Source: Eledone cirrhosa
Taxonomy: Eukaryota
Length of the DNA stretch: 64,000 nucleotides
Reading direction: 5' to 3'
NCBI GenBank assembly: GCA_964016885.1
Contig: OZ024742.1
Coordinates: forward strand, 217,682,001 to 217,746,000
In this document: piece by piece, positions 24,827-38,554 of the stretch
Position numbering within the stretch: the stretch's first letter is position 1
Layout: every line of letters starts with the position of its first letter
Notes under the pieces: model-generated
The model's database searches: none
What the model was told of the DNA's origin: nothing
The model's input: the letters and a program-made list of their open reading frames with translations, nothing else
Position numbers and translations under genes: made by a program

Positions 24827-25837
24827 CTTGGGCTGTTCTGAAATAATACATCAATTAATATTGTCTAAATAATGCCTCTTATCTAATAATGGTAATTAGC
24901 ACTATTTCTTGTCAGCCCAAAACAACTATATAGGCTTTAGGAATCAGATTTACAATTACATGTAAGTTCATCACTTGGTATTGGAAACATTTTGTCTAGG
25001 CTATATTAATCGATGTATTATTGTGTATGTGTGTATATATATATATACAATGCATTTATATGAATACGTATATAATGCATTTAATTAATCAACAAGTGTT
25101 CAAAGTTTTCTTGGAGACATGTTGATGGTGGACATCTCCCATCTCACACCTCCTCCCAAGTAGCTTTTCCTACCTGACTATATGATATGTTCTAATGGAG
25201 GCTAATCACAGGATTCCCCACATGTAGTTACCCACTTTTCAACACTTTATTAAAACTCTCTTTTCACCCTTATCTATGGTTGTGAATCTCAGGTAATGAC
25301 AAAAGAATTCATTCGCAAGAGTGAGTCTCACGAGCTGGAATGGCTTTACCAGCGCATCTCCCTCACTATCCTCTGGGGAAACGTATCTATTCTGTCCACG
25401 GGCCATGGGGCGGCCAGCGTGTGGGCCCCCATTTTCTGGTAATAATGAGAGATGGGGGTAGCGGGAGAGACGTAGGCGATGACAGTGGGAGTTTGGTTCC
25501 TCTGTGTTTGGACCTGGTGTACATGTGTATGTGACTGATTTCTTATAATAGCCAAATGATTTCCAGCTGCCATATATGGAAAATGAAGTTTTAAAGTTAT
25601 TTATATCGTCATAATTTCAAAGAATTTGTTATGTACAACATTGTTATTTGTTTTATCTATGTATTTAAACTACCCTGTATATCTTGTATTATTTCATTAT
25701 TGTTTCAGAGTATCAGATGATATTGGTATTAAAGAATTCTTTACATCAGATACATCATCAATATTTCTCATCTTGTGAAGACTATAGGAAGACATTATAC
25801 AAAGCAGATATTAAAAAGGAGTTAAAAAAGAGAAATT

Positions 25838-28201
25838 ATGGTAAATGAATTACTGGAGAAAGAGGTTAAGATTAAAACGGAACCTGCGAGAAATGATTTT
25901 CCTGATGAAAGACTGAAAGAGATTGTAAAAACATCATATGATTGTGATGTCTCTGGTAAACCATTCTCCAAAAATGGTGACTTATCTAAACATAAACATA
26001 TTCATACTGGAGAGAAGCCATATCAGTGTGATGTGTGTGGTAAATCATTCTCTCGAAATTATGATTTAAGTAAGCACAAACATATTCATACAGGGGAGAA
26101 GCCATATCACTGTGATATGTGTGATAAATCATTCTGTCGAAATAATGCATTAACTAAGCACAAACATATGCATACAGTGAAGCCTTTTCAATGTGATATT
26201 TGTGGTAAATTATTTTCTGAAAGAGATAGTTTAGATGTTCACAAACGTTTGCATACAGGAGGAAAGCCATATCATTGTGAGATCTGTGGGAAATCATTCA
26301 CCAGAAATACTGACTTAACTGTACACAAACGTATTCATTCAGGAGAGACACCATATCATTGTGTCATTTGTGGGAAATCATTTCCTCATAATAGTGTCTT
26401 AACTAAACACATACGTATTCATACAGGAGAGAAGCCATATCACTGTGATGTCTGTGGTAAATCATTCTCCCAAAATTCTGCATTAACTAAGCATAAACAA
26501 ATTCATTTAGATGTGAAGCCATATCACTGTGATATATGTGATAAATCATTCACTATAAATAATACCTTAACTCTACACAAACGTATTCATACAGGAGAGA
26601 AGCCATATCACTGTGATATCTGTGGGAAGTCATTTTCTGGAAAAAGTGTTTTCACTCTACACAAACGTATTCATACTGGAGAGAGGCCTTATCACTGTGA
26701 TATTTGTGGTAGGACATTCTCTCGAAAGGAAACCTTAACTAAACACAAACGTATTCATACAGGTGAGAAGCCATATGAGTGTGATATTTGTGGTAGATCA
26801 TTTTCTGGGAAAAGTGACGTAACTAAACACAAACGTGTTCATACAGGAGAGAAGAAATATCTCTGTGATATCTGTGGTCAATCATTTTCTCATACAAATA
26901 CTTTAACTAGACATAAGCGCATTCATACAGGTGAGAAGCCATATCATTGTATTTTCTGTAGTAAATCATTCTCAAATAACACTCACTTAACAAATCATAT
27001 ACGTACTCATACAGGTGAGAAGCCGTATGAGTGTGGTATCTGTGGTAAATCTTTCTCTCAAAGAAGTGATTTAAATACTCACAAGCGTACTCATACCAGG
27101 GAGAAGCCATATCACTGTGATATCTGTGATAAATCATTCTGTCGAAATAATGCATTAACTAAGCACAAACATATGCATACAGTGAAGCCTTTTCAATGTG
27201 ATATTTGTGGTAAATTATTTTCTGAAAGAGATAGTTTAGATGTTCACAAACGTTTGCATACAGGAGGAAAGCCATATCATTGTGAGATCTGTGGGAAATC
27301 ATTCACCAGAAATACTGACTTAACTGTACACAAACGTATTCATTCAGGAGAGACACCATATCATTGTGTCATTTGTGGGAAATCATTTCCTCATAATAGT
27401 GTCTTAACTAAACACATACGTATTCATACAGGGGAGAAGCCATATCACTGTGATGTCTGTGGTAAATCATTCTCCCAAAATTCTGCATTAACTAAGCATA
27501 AACAAATTCATTTAGATGTGAAGCCATATCACTGTGATATATGTGATAAATCATTCACTATAAATAATACCTTAACTCTACACAAACGTATTCATACAGG
27601 AGAGAAGCCATATCACTGTGATATCTGTGGGAAGTCATTTTCTGGAAAAAGTGTTTTCACTCTACACAAACGTATTCATACTGGAGAGAGACCTTATCAC
27701 TGTGATATTTGTGGTAGGACATTCTCTCGAAAGGAAACCTTAACTAAACACAAACGTATTCATACAGGTGAGAAGCCATATGAGTGTGATATTTGTGGTA
27801 GATCATTTTCTGGGAAAAGTGACGTAACTAAACACAAACGTGTTCATACAGGAGAGAAGAAATATCTCTGTGATATCTGTGGTCAGTCATTTTCTCATTC
27901 AAACACTTTAGTTAGACATAAGCGCATTCATACAGGTGAGAAGCCATATCATTGTATTTTCTGTAGTAAATCATTCTCAAATAACACTCACTTAACAAAT
28001 CATATACGTACTCATACAGGTGAGAAGCCGTATGAGTGTGGTATCTGTAGTAAATCTTTCTCTCAAAGAACTGATTTAAATACTCACAAGCGTACTCATA
28101 CCAGGGAGAAGCCATATCACTGTGATATCTGTGATAAATCATTCACTAGAAATGGAAGCTTAACTGTACACAAGCGTATTCATACTGCAGAAGAGCTTTG
28201 A
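25838..28201 (+). CDS. C2H2 zinc-finger protein, 787 aa, 26 fingers plus 1 degenerate finger
   Basis: Uninterrupted ORF with an internal 1005-bp (12-finger) tandem duplication. Confidence 0.93.
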   Translation: MVNELLEKEVKIKTEPARNDFPDERLKEIVKTSYDCDVSGKPFSKNGDLSKHKHIHTGEKPYQCDVCGKSFSRNYDLSKHKHIHTGEKPYHCDMCDKSFCRNNALTKHKHMHTVKPFQCDICGKLFSERDSLDVHKRLHTGGKPYHCEICGKSFTRNTDLTVHKRIHSGETPYHCVICGKSFPHNSVLTKHIRIHTGEKPYHCDVCGKSFSQNSALTKHKQIHLDVKPYHCDICDKSFTINNTLTLHKRIHTGEKPYHCDICGKSFSGKSVFTLHKRIHTGERPYHCDICGRTFSRKETLTKHKRIHTGEKPYECDICGRSFSGKSDVTKHKRVHTGEKKYLCDICGQSFSHTNTLTRHKRIHTGEKPYHCIFCSKSFSNNTHLTNHIRTHTGEKPYECGICGKSFSQRSDLNTHKRTHTREKPYHCDICDKSFCRNNALTKHKHMHTVKPFQCDICGKLFSERDSLDVHKRLHTGGKPYHCEICGKSFTRNTDLTVHKRIHSGETPYHCVICGKSFPHNSVLTKHIRIHTGEKPYHCDVCGKSFSQNSALTKHKQIHLDVKPYHCDICDKSFTINNTLTLHKRIHTGEKPYHCDICGKSFSGKSVFTLHKRIHTGERPYHCDICGRTFSRKETLTKHKRIHTGEKPYECDICGRSFSGKSDVTKHKRVHTGEKKYLCDICGQSFSHSNTLVRHKRIHTGEKPYHCIFCSKSFSNNTHLTNHIRTHTGEKPYECGICSKSFSQRTDLNTHKRTHTREKPYHCDICDKSFTRNGSLTVHKRIHTAEEL

Positions 28202-29399
28202 AATCTCATACCATAATCATAAGACATTCATGCAGGAGAGAGGTTTTATCACTGTGATCATCGTCATCATTTAATGTCCATTTTCAACGCTAGCATGGGT
28301 TAGATGTGTTGCCTCATTGTGAGACAAGTCAGTTCAGGTGACTATGCCATGCTCATACAGAACTGTTTCTGGCTTTGTTTCTATGGCTGGACCCCTTTCC
28401 TACTGCCAATCAAATTAGTAAATCATTTTCTCAAAGCAACACATGAATCAATATAGATCAATAACCAGATCAGTGTGAAATGTCATACTATAAAAAAATA
28501 TTGTTCACTTCCTGTTCTTATTTTGATTACTTGTTTTCTAAATAGTCTGCATCTGGCAGTAACACAGTGAAATCATTGCTGGCTTAAATTTTCTATATTT
28601 ACAAAAATGTCGCTTGACAACAACCCAGATAAAAATAGTTATGATGACTCCTAGGGGTATATTAAGCCTATCTCTCTTGGCTTTGTTATCTAGTCTCAAA
28701 CTTCTGACAGCTGATGTTTGGCTGTAGCAGGCAGGTCACCATGGCCAACTGAAAGAGCTATGCCATTACCATGAGAGTTTAGTAAATCTGTATCTTCAAA
28801 TTCACACATTCACTCCCACTTCCTCATTTACTGCAGAAGCTGTCTAATTTCTTAACCTCTCCACACACATGCATTTATCTTACAAATTCCACCATATCTA
28901 ATCATGATTACAACCAAATACTCTCGTGTATATAACTACTTTTATGTATGAACTCTACATTTTACCTGTGTATTGACGAGAACACAGTCTTCGTCATTTC
29001 AAACTTTTACCTATTTCTGTTTGCCATATGGTTTTGTTGAATTCCATGGCAGAAATAAAAACATCTAAATTTGTAGTTTTTGTTTCCTTCTTGCTCTTTC
29101 TCACTGCTGCAATCACACATCAACTCATGACAACACATATGACCAATGTGCACCAGCTAACACATTTCTGATATATATATATGATGGCTGCAAATTCTGC
29201 TAAGAGTATTGCAATCGCTTGTCAGATTACAGAAAATGGAGAACTTTTAGGCTACGGCCAGCCACATGAACCTGTAACATAACCTGAACAAACAATGCCT
29301 GTGCTTTGAAGGTTTGTTAAATGGGGAAAAGCCTTATGTATATATATAAATATATATATATATATATACATACATACACACAATTTCCCTCAAATTTCA

Positions 29400-30125
29400 G
29401 CACCCTGCAGCAGTCATTTATCATACACATCACATTTTCAAAATATCACATTCTACTCTTTTGTTTACTGGATTTAATCCCTTTTATGTTTAGTTTCTCT
29501 CATGCACACAAATATCACATAACATCTGGTGTATACTTGCTATATTTATTTCCAATCATCGCAGATCCTGTGCATCACAGTTCTCGTACAGGCGGCACAC
29601 AATCTGCCTTTTATTCTAAGGGAGAAACCTTTTTGGTCAGCAGAGGTTTTTACTCTGAACTTTTTCCACTTGGTTCTCATTCTAGATATATTTCCATTAC
29701 ACACTCCCCACTGCTAATTAGGTCACATAGGTAACCAAGGCTGTCAACCACTTCTAAAGAGTTGTCAGAACATTTGATAGAGTCAATTTCATGTAATAAT
29801 TTACTGATTACATGCAACTGTCATAGATATCCTACAACCTTTGTTAGCCTGCCAGATATCCTGCTACAACATTTGTGTACCCATGGTTTACATTTTGTGC
29901 ACCTTATGGAGTTTCCACCAGCTTCTTTTCTGCATTTTGAGCTTGGCCATTTCCCTGGTGGAATCAGTGTCCTGCTGTCTTTCCTACTTGTTAAATCTTT
30001 AGTCTTAGCTAAGTTAACTTTGAGACCTTTTGCATTCTAGTTGTTCTTCTTCTCTAGTTCTACTGCAGATTCAGGTATGATGACGAAGTCGTTTGCATAC
30101 AGGAATGCCTATGGGTAGCTAGTCT
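29400..30125 (-). mobile_element. RTE LINE fragment, decayed
   Basis: Reverse complement matches the RT region (LYANDFV, GLKVNLAKTK, GKWPS). Confidence 0.7.
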
Positions 30126-31229
30126 GTTATGGCTTGTCTCTAAGACAAGCTACGTCCTGAGAAAGTAACAGTGACTTCTTAATCAGAGCTAGCTGTTTTA
30201 TTGAACATGTTAAGACTCTGTAATGGCTACCATGGAGTTCATAAAGGTTAGAGATTCACTACAAGAAATGAGGAAGAATCAATGTTCTTGCAGTTTTATA
30301 ATGCTAATTGACTATCTGCAACACTAACTTTAGGAAAACACCCACCGCAGTGTATCAGAAGACGAATGTTTTCCCCGAGTAGACCCAACATGAAATTTGT
30401 GAAACCAGTGAAGTTATAAATTATTTAATAATGTAAAGTTATGTTGGTCCCACAACATCCAGGCCGAAACAAATGAGATCGTGTAGGTGTCACGACAAAA
30501 AACACACAGTCCACGCTGTAAATGTGGCCGTGTAGGCAACACGGTAAAAACCTCCCAGCCCCACACTGTAAATGTGGTTGGTGTTAGGAAGGGCATCCAG
30601 CTGTAGAAAACCCGCCAGACAGTCCACGCTGTAATGTGGCCGTGTAGGCAACACGGTAAAAACCTCCCAGCCCCACACTGTAAATGTGGTTGGTGTTAGG
30701 AAGGGCATCCAACTGTAGAAAACCCGCCAGACAGTCCTATGCGAGCAAGACAACCACTCTTGCCTCAAGTGGGAAAACCCCCGTCCAAACCCATGCAAGC
30801 GTGGAACACGGACGCTAAACCTGATGATGATGATGATGATGATGATGAAACCTTCTTAAAGTCTCCAATTGCAATTTCAACTTATTTTTCCTATTTATAT
30901 AATTCAAATTATAAGATATATGTATATATATATAGAGAGAAAGAGCCATATATCTTATAATTTGAATTATTGATGTCCATTGAGTTCATCTACTAAGAAA
31001 CATAGTTATCATCCATATATATATTGTAGCGCAGTGTATTGGCAGTATCTGTAGAGGGTCGGATGCCATGCTTTGCAGCATAGAGTTATGATCCTTTATG
31101 ATCTGAGTTCAAATCCTGCCAAGGTTAACTTTGCCTTTCATCCTATCATCATCACCATTTTACGTCCATTCTTCCATGCTAGCATGGGTTAGATGGGTTG
31201 TCCTGTTGTGGGCAGTGCCTAGTCGGGTG

Positions 31230-32185
31230 ACCTTGTCTTGCTCTTCTGTATTACTGCGTGACACCAGAGGTCACGGTTCAGTGTCATCCCAGGTCTTCTT
31301 TGGTCTCCACTTCAAGGCTTCCATCGACTTCTAGTGCTCTGCACCTTTTTATGCAGCTGTCATCCTTCATACTCATCACATATCCATACCAACATAATCT
31401 CCTCTCCTGCACACAGCATGTGATTCCTTTTATGCTCAGTCTCTCAATTTGTTTATGCTTTGCCGTTCGTGTATATTACGGAGCATGCAAGCTTCATTTC
31501 TTTCTAATCTACGCAAGTCTTCTATACACAGTGCCAAGGTCTCACTACCATGTAACATAACATTGCTGTTCGTATGCATGCATCATGCAGTCTGCCTTTC
31601 ATTTTGAGGGAAAAGCCTTTTGCAGCTAGCAGTGGCACTAGCTTCCTGAACTTCTTCCAGCCCATTCTTACCCTGGTTACTGTACTTTCAGAACACCCAC
31701 CTCTGCTGCTAATTCGGTCACCTAGGTAACAGAAGCTGCCTACTGTTTCTATTGAGCCCTCCCAGAGTTTGGTCGTGCTTGTTTCCTGTAGCCGTTTGCT
31801 GTCCCAGTGCAGCTGCTACATGTAAAGCCTACATTCTTAGCTAAGCTTCCTGAGATCCCACTACATCTCTTGGGTACCTATTGCTTGCTCATACTGACCA
31901 AGGCCATTTCCTTGAGGGGATCTGGGTTCTGTTTTCTTGTCTACTTACAAGGACCTTAGTCTTTGTCAGGTTGACTTTGAGACCCGTTCTTTCTAGTCTC
32001 TGCTTCTATGTTTGGAATTTCTTCTTTAGTTCCACCATAGATTCAGTTATAAGTGTAAGATCATCTGCATACAATAGTTCCCATGGGCATCTGGTCCTAA
32101 ACTCCTCTGTTATACTGCAATACTATAATAAACAGGAGAGGGCTAAGAACAGAGCCCTGGTGGACACTGACCTGTATGTTAAATT
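31230..32185 (-). mobile_element. RTE LINE fragment
   Basis: Reverse complement gives VSVHQGSVLSPLLF and CPWELLYADDL, plus a 3' region homologous to 5490-5900. Confidence 0.8.
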
Positions 32186-32203
32186 CCTCGCTATAGTCAT
32201 TAT

Positions 32204-32246
<43 letters not shown>

Positions 32247-33109
32247 GCAGATTAAAAGTTTCAGGAAACAATTTCTGCTTTCATCCTTATGTGGTTACAG
32301 TTTAACCCGACTTTTTGCTATGCACATAGCATTCAGCTGTTCACAGCTACCCCTGTGCTGAGATTCTTAGTTTTATGAAAATTCATATATACTCATCGCT
32401 TCAAACATTTTCAATTAATGTTTACATACATAACTTGAGACATGTTGGCTTCCTAAATTGGACTGTTAACTGTGCCAGGGAGAGGTAACTCTTTATATCT
32501 TTATCTACCTACCTATTTTGTCTCTCCTTTCCTGTCTATCTATTTCTCTCTCTCTCTCCTCTACCATGTTGATGCCACCACTGCTGCTGATACTTCCACT
32601 GACTTCTCACCTACTGCTTCTGTTCCCACCAGAATAACAGATAGCTTCTTTTCAGGTTGACCACCGCTCCACACGGACGTGTCACACAGCTCTCTCTCAT
32701 GTTTTGTGTATTACCATAGAGGGCATCATCGTGTGGGATGATGGTAAAGAGGAGGCAAGAGGGCTAGAAGAGAAGTAGAAGGAGTCGAATAGCATGATTA
32801 GTGCCATGGATGTGGGAGGGGAGGTCGGTTACTAGGAGTGCATAGCCTCCTGCTTCATCCAGCATGGATATCGCTCCACCCCTTGCCACCGTCTGTTGTC
32901 ACGCACATACACCCCCCCAGGTTCCAATGACTCTGTTATTGTCAGAAACATACATTCTTTCAGTTTATTCAGACCAACAAAAGATGCACACACACCTCTA
33001 CATTTACCTTCACAGCTCTGCACACACACATCCTTATATGCACAAACTTTTGCTCACAGCTTCGTACTTACAAGCATATATCTTGTTAATTTCGTACGGA
33101 CGTATAGTA

Positions 33110-33290
33110 ATTGTTTCTACTTTTGGCACAAGACCAGCAATTATCCTAGTGCATTACTAGTGCTTACTTTATCGACCTCGTAAGGATGAAAGAGAAAGTT
33201 AACCATAGCGGGATTTGAACTCAGACCGAAAAGGGCCGTAACTCTCTGCTGCAAAGCATGGCGTCCGACCCTCTGCCGATCAACCGAGTA
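33110..33290 (-). mobile_element. tRNA-derived SINE
   Basis: Reverse complement matches 54890-55068. Confidence 0.75.
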
Positions 33291-33723
33291 CGGACGTATA
33301 ATAAACCCCCCCCCCCTCCACACACACACACACACACGTACAGCTCTATATACAAAACGTTTTGTCTTTTTCCCTTTCAGATAGACGCGCTCCATCAGCA
33401 CTTTTTAAAAAAACTGTATATCATTCACAAAATGCAAACATCAACAGTTTTCCAAGAGATGGCAAGTTGAATGGACTTGTTATTTTTCTCTAAAAACCTT
33501 TTTTCCCGCCATGTCCGTCTCCTCAATCTTTCTGTCTTCTTTAATTTCTTATTCTATCTTCTGATGAAAGACTAGCGTCCGAGTTAGGACTTTTTTCCTA
33601 TCATATCAAGCGTAAAACTAATAATATATTTCTTCATTGTACTGTGTCGTTTGCTTTGTTATTTCTGTTTGCCCTTTGCACACACACATACACATATATG
33701 TGTGTGTCTGTCTATAAAACCAT

Positions 33724-33906
33724 ATTTATTTTACTTTATATATTTCAAGGGTAACCAAGACAACATTGGTACGCTTTCATCAGATAAAATAAAATACAAA
33801 GTTTGTTTTATAAATAGAGACATAAACTTTGTATTTTATATTTTATCAGATGAAAGCGTACAATTGTTGTCTTGGTTACCCTTGAAATATATATAATAAA
33901 ATAAAT
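33724..33906. repeat. Inverted repeat made of two divergent hammerhead-like motifs
   Basis: Arms of about 80 bp. The consensus is tattttat CTGATGA aag...ctt GAA atatatat A ataaaata. Confidence 0.75.
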
Positions 33907-34054
33907 TGTTTCCTCCAAACCGAGGTTTGGATTCTTCGGAGCAACTATTTAGTGATCTATAACATACTTGACCTCCTTTTCAACATAAGAGACATCACTA
34001 AATAGTTGCTCCGAAGAATCCAAACCTTGGTTTGGAGGAAACAATTGTAAGCAA
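33904..34054. repeat. Second inverted repeat with a hammerhead-like motif in its arms
   Basis: Arms of about 50 bp (33904-33953 and 33994-34046). The right arm extends to ttgct CCGAAGA a TCCAAACC..GTTTGGA g GAA ACAATTGT A agcaa. Confidence 0.75.
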
Positions 34055-34589
34055 ATAAATGATTTAAACTGAACTTTGATTATTGTAATCTCTATATAAC
34101 TGCTCTGTAAAACAACTGATGTTATTACATTGAGCTATTTATCTTACTGGTAATAAGATAGTAATAAATGACTATCTTTCACTATTTGAGGTTTGTATAA
34201 AAAATATATAACCATAAAAGGTTTTATTATATACATAACCATAAATAGTATCCTTAATACTAATAAAATAAATATAGTTTCCATTTATTTGATATCATTG
34301 AATATTTACTCCAGTAACTTGTTGAGTGCTCTAAATCAGTTATAAACATTTATGTTTGTCGGACTTCCAACAAGTTAAATACCACTTCTACTTATATATA
34401 TATATATGTGTGTGTGTGTAAGGCATTTAAATTAATGGGAGGTGGGAAGGGATAACACGTTCGCCACAGATTAGTGATGATGAACTTACGTAAAAATAAA
34501 AGGACAAGACAACGAACGAAAACAAGGCAAATATATATATAGAGAGAGATTCATGCTGTGATCTCTAGAAGGGCATCTAAGAAACGGTA

Positions 34590-35990
34590 ATCGGAAATGA
34601 TAATCCCAATTTTCAAAAAGGGAGACAATAGAGATTGTTCCAATGACAGGGATCTTGTTAAGCCTCCCCGGTAAAGTCTATGCTAAGTGTCTGGCAAAGA
34701 GATGCAGGGAGATTGTTGAGTCCAAGCTAGCTGATGAACAGTGTGGTTTTCGCCCTCGACGCAGCACAGCCGATCAAATATTCACACTTCAGCAGGTATT
34801 CGAGAAATCGTGGGAGTATTGCTAAGAAATATTCTTGTTTCGTCGACCTTGAAAAGGCATGACTGCGTTCCTCAGGACTTGCTGTGAAAGTCTCTGCAGG
34901 AGTATGGGTTTGATGGTCAGCTTCGTTCTGCTCTGATGTTTCTATACGAATGGCCGACTATTTGTAGTCGGATAAATGGTGCTAAATCGAAACCATTCAA
35001 TGTAGGAGTCGGACTCCGCAAAGGGTGTATACTGTCACCTCTCGCGTTCATTAGGTTAACTTTGCCTTTCATCCTTACGGGGTCGATAAAATAAAGTACC
35101 AGTAATGCACTGAGTAATTGCTGGCCTTGTGCCAAAAGAAGAAACAATTATTTACATGAACAGGATTGACATTAGCAGCCTAGTTGGAAGTGGTATCATG
35201 ACTAGCGAATGTCAGACGACATGGTGTTACTCAACTCAACAGAAGACGATCTTCGACTTGCACTTAATAGGTTCGATGCCGAGTGTTGCATGACTGGAAT
35301 GAAAATCAGTGCTGCGAAAACTGAAACACTCGTCCACACAAGGAATCCTGCGCAGTGCACGCTACATACGAATGGAGTTCCACTGAAGCAGATAGAGAAG
35401 TTCAGGTACGTAAGAGTTCACGAGTGATGGAAGGCAGGACGCTGAATTAAGTGCAAGAATTGCAAAAGCCGGTGCAGTAATGTGCCAGCTTCAGCATACA
35501 GCAATCAGAAGAAGGGAGGTAAGCGTAAAAGCCAAACTCGTTGTCTTCAATACGGTTTTCGTGCCAACCTTTACCTATGGTCATAAATCTTGGCCAATGA
35601 CCGAAAGAATACGATCGTGAATACAAGCGGCTGAAATGGGGTTCCTCCGAAGGGCCTTTGGAGTAACGTTACTCGATAAAGTGCGTAGCTCGGAGATCAG
35701 GGAGCCACTCCAGGTAGAGTCGCTGCTTCTCCGAATTCAGAGATCACAGCTCCGATACTATGAGCATGTGGTTAGTATTTCTCAGGAAAGAATCGCTGAA
35801 CAGATTTTACGGGCGAAACCAACAGGTAGGAGACCTCGAGCAAGATGGTGAGATAATATCCATGAGTTTGGCTGGTCACGGTTAGGGATCCAACCGGAGT
35901 AGTTGGGCAGTTGCTTCTGACAGGGCCCGCTGGAGTGAGTGGTTAAGGACACTGTCCCAACGACCCTCTCAGGAATAAGTGGGCGAAGAA
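34590..35990 (+). mobile_element. RTE-like LINE of a different family, decayed, with a partial SINE inserted at about 35052-35150
   Basis: ORF fragments LLSLPGKVYAK, EQCGFRPRRSTADQIF, GLRKGCILSP, GMKISAAKTE and QLRYYEHV. Confidence 0.85.
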
Positions 35991-36642
35991 AAAAAGAGGT
36001 TCATGCTTCCGTACATCTATCTATATGTGCGCATGATCAACCGGATGTTCACTTAAATTTTGTCTCCAATATTGTTTCATTGTTTTCCATGTAATTTCCT
36101 CTTAAATTATCTGTCGAATAATCGATATAGCATGGAGCAATAGAGTTATTGTAACCAATCATACTTATCTACTAGAGGGAGAAAGAACAGCTGTAGGAGA
36201 GAGATAGAGAATACTGGTAAATATTCTCTATTCAACACTACGTACAACTACCACCTCTGATTTCCCAACAATAGCTGTGATTTATACAAGGTATTTATTT
36301 ATTTTAAAGTTGTTTTCTTTATTCAATCGTCTTTTTTTTTTCTTCTTTGGGGTATCATTGATGGCAAATGAACCTTCTTTGTAATAAAGTGAAAATAAAC
36401 TAACCGATCCGATGTACCGGATGTTTTGATTAAATGATTGTAAATAATGAAGTGAATGAAAAAGCGGTGGAGTTTCAGAATTAGTATTCCACATAAATGG
36501 CCAGAACATTTTAGAAATATATATTTATATTTTTGGAATTCTACAATTTGAACATGGACATTTACGAAGTAAACGTATAGAAAATGTTTTTTTCTAAATG
36601 AGTACCTATGTTATATATGTGTGGTATACATATAGGTGTTAA

Positions 36643-36678
<36 letters not shown>

Positions 36679-37430
36679 ATACATATAAGTATTAACTAAA
36701 TAGGTATGTACATATAAGAACCATATATGTGTATATATATATAGGTGTTGACTATATATTTGGAGTAGGGTTAGGTGTGCATTATATATATGTCGATAAA
36801 ATAAAGTACCAGTAATACACTAGGTATTTCCTGGCCTTGTGCCAAAAGTAGAAACAATTATATATATATATAATACATGCCTATACATACATTTATAAGG
36901 ATGCAATGTATGGTTTATTATATTTACCTCATATATGTATAGTTAATATAGGTACTCATCTCGAAAAAAAAATTTTTTAAATTACATACCTTACATTCGT
37001 TCGTTTACCGATTTATAATTCTCCCTAAAAATTAAATATCTCAATTCCTGGGAAATTTTTATTTTTGGCTATCAAGAGACCTTGTTAGTTCTTTGGAAAT
37101 AGTAGGTAGAAAAGCTGTAGTTTGATGTGAGCCAGATTTGGCTGCTATTTCTAGTAAGTCGAAGGATCACGTAGGGATTCATTCGTCCAGAAAAGCAGGT
37201 GAGTTTCAATAGTAATAAAATTAAAACGAACGGTTTAAATCTATTACAATAATTTTCTTTCGTCTTTATCAAACGTAATTTCATTTTAGACATCCAATAA
37301 TTCAAATTATTGCAGATACGTGGAAAAGAGATAAACTGATATCAGATATGTGATATTTCTCTCCCTTTCATTAAGAAAGCATTCTAAATTTATATTTATG
37401 AAAACTCTTATCACATTACTTTCTTTTTGT

Positions 37431-37468
<38 letters not shown>

Positions 37469-37543
37469 CAAAGAGGGTGTGGTAAGATACCAGGTGGACC
37501 ATAACGCACCAGAGTACTCGATATTTAGGGTAGTAGAGGGGGT

Positions 37544-37669
37544 AATAGGAAAAGAGTCAGATCCCGACAGCTGAGCTCCGGCTGTTTCGACAGCTTGATC
37601 GGAACTGTTCGGATCTAGCTGTCGACATGGCCGGAGCTCAGCCGTCGGGGTCCTGACTCTTTTCCTATT
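37544..37669. repeat. Near-perfect 126-bp hairpin (small MITE-like element)
   Basis: aataggaaaagagtcag...ctgactcttttcctatt with a stem of about 62 bp and no real loop. A related half-site lies at 54433-54482. Confidence 0.8.
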
Positions 37670-37763
37670 TAACGAAGGGTATAATAATGAAAAGTTAGAT
37701 GATTATATTTAGATATGATTATAACAGAGTTGTTAGATGAAATAACTATGATAATAAGAATAG

Positions 37764-38423
37764 GTGTAATAACGAAAATATGAAGAATAAATGATTTGGT
37801 TATATATAGTTTACTTCACGTGAATCAATTAAAAAGTACATATAAAACAGTTATTGCTGCTGATGTGAGGCTGTTGTAGTCTGTTGTTGTTGTTGGTGTG
37901 AAAACAGTGAGCGACAGATAATTGTTGTTGGAGTGAAAAGAGCGAGCGACAGATAATTGTTGGAATTTGGAGTCCGTGGTAGTAGTTGTGAGACCGTAGT
38001 TAGTAAGAGAGAGAGAGAGATATGGTTTGTATAGCTCTGAATGCTCTGTAATTGGTTGTAGACCACTGTGGCTTGTACATGGTCTGTAGTAGTAGGGCTC
38101 CAATCTCTGTGTGTGTATCTGTAGACCTCATGGGGTCTGTTGATAGTGGTGAATCCTTACATAGTTAGTTACTAGCGTAATGCTCCTGTAGACCTCTGGG
38201 ATCTGAAGTTAGCGGTTAATCTTTACATAGTTGTGTATCCTATCGCTCCGATGTCTCTGTGTGTAAAGTGGGAAAATATAGGCTTTATATAGCTATTGCT
38301 TCCTGTCTCTCCACCTTGAGGGCATAGCCAACGTATCAACCTGTCTACACCAAAAGGGTGTTGACCTAGAATTTAACCTTTAGGTATCACCCAAAGTTCA
38401 AGGCGCGGACAGATTTCGCTACA
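37764..38423 (-). mobile_element. Probable solo LTR
   Basis: Ends in ...cgctaca like the LTRs at 58155 and 59895. Absent from the paralogous region of unit 2. Left boundary uncertain. Confidence 0.4.
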
Positions 38424-38554
38424 TATATATACACATAGACAAAATAAATTTGATCAACACATAGAATATCGATCGTATAACCTGGCAAATGCATGGACCA
38501 ACAGGAATACTAAAAATAGCTCCAGGTTACACCTACTAAATTAAATTGTTGGTA

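Noticed and set aside
26907-28142. Antisense ORFs over the ZNF genes ([12 protein letters not shown] repeats), also at 42356-43231
   Set aside because: Shadow frames of the repetitive finger codons.
30507-30740. 120-bp tandem duplication inside a GAT-tail repeat
   Set aside because: An ordinary local duplication within a repeat that already has subrepeats.
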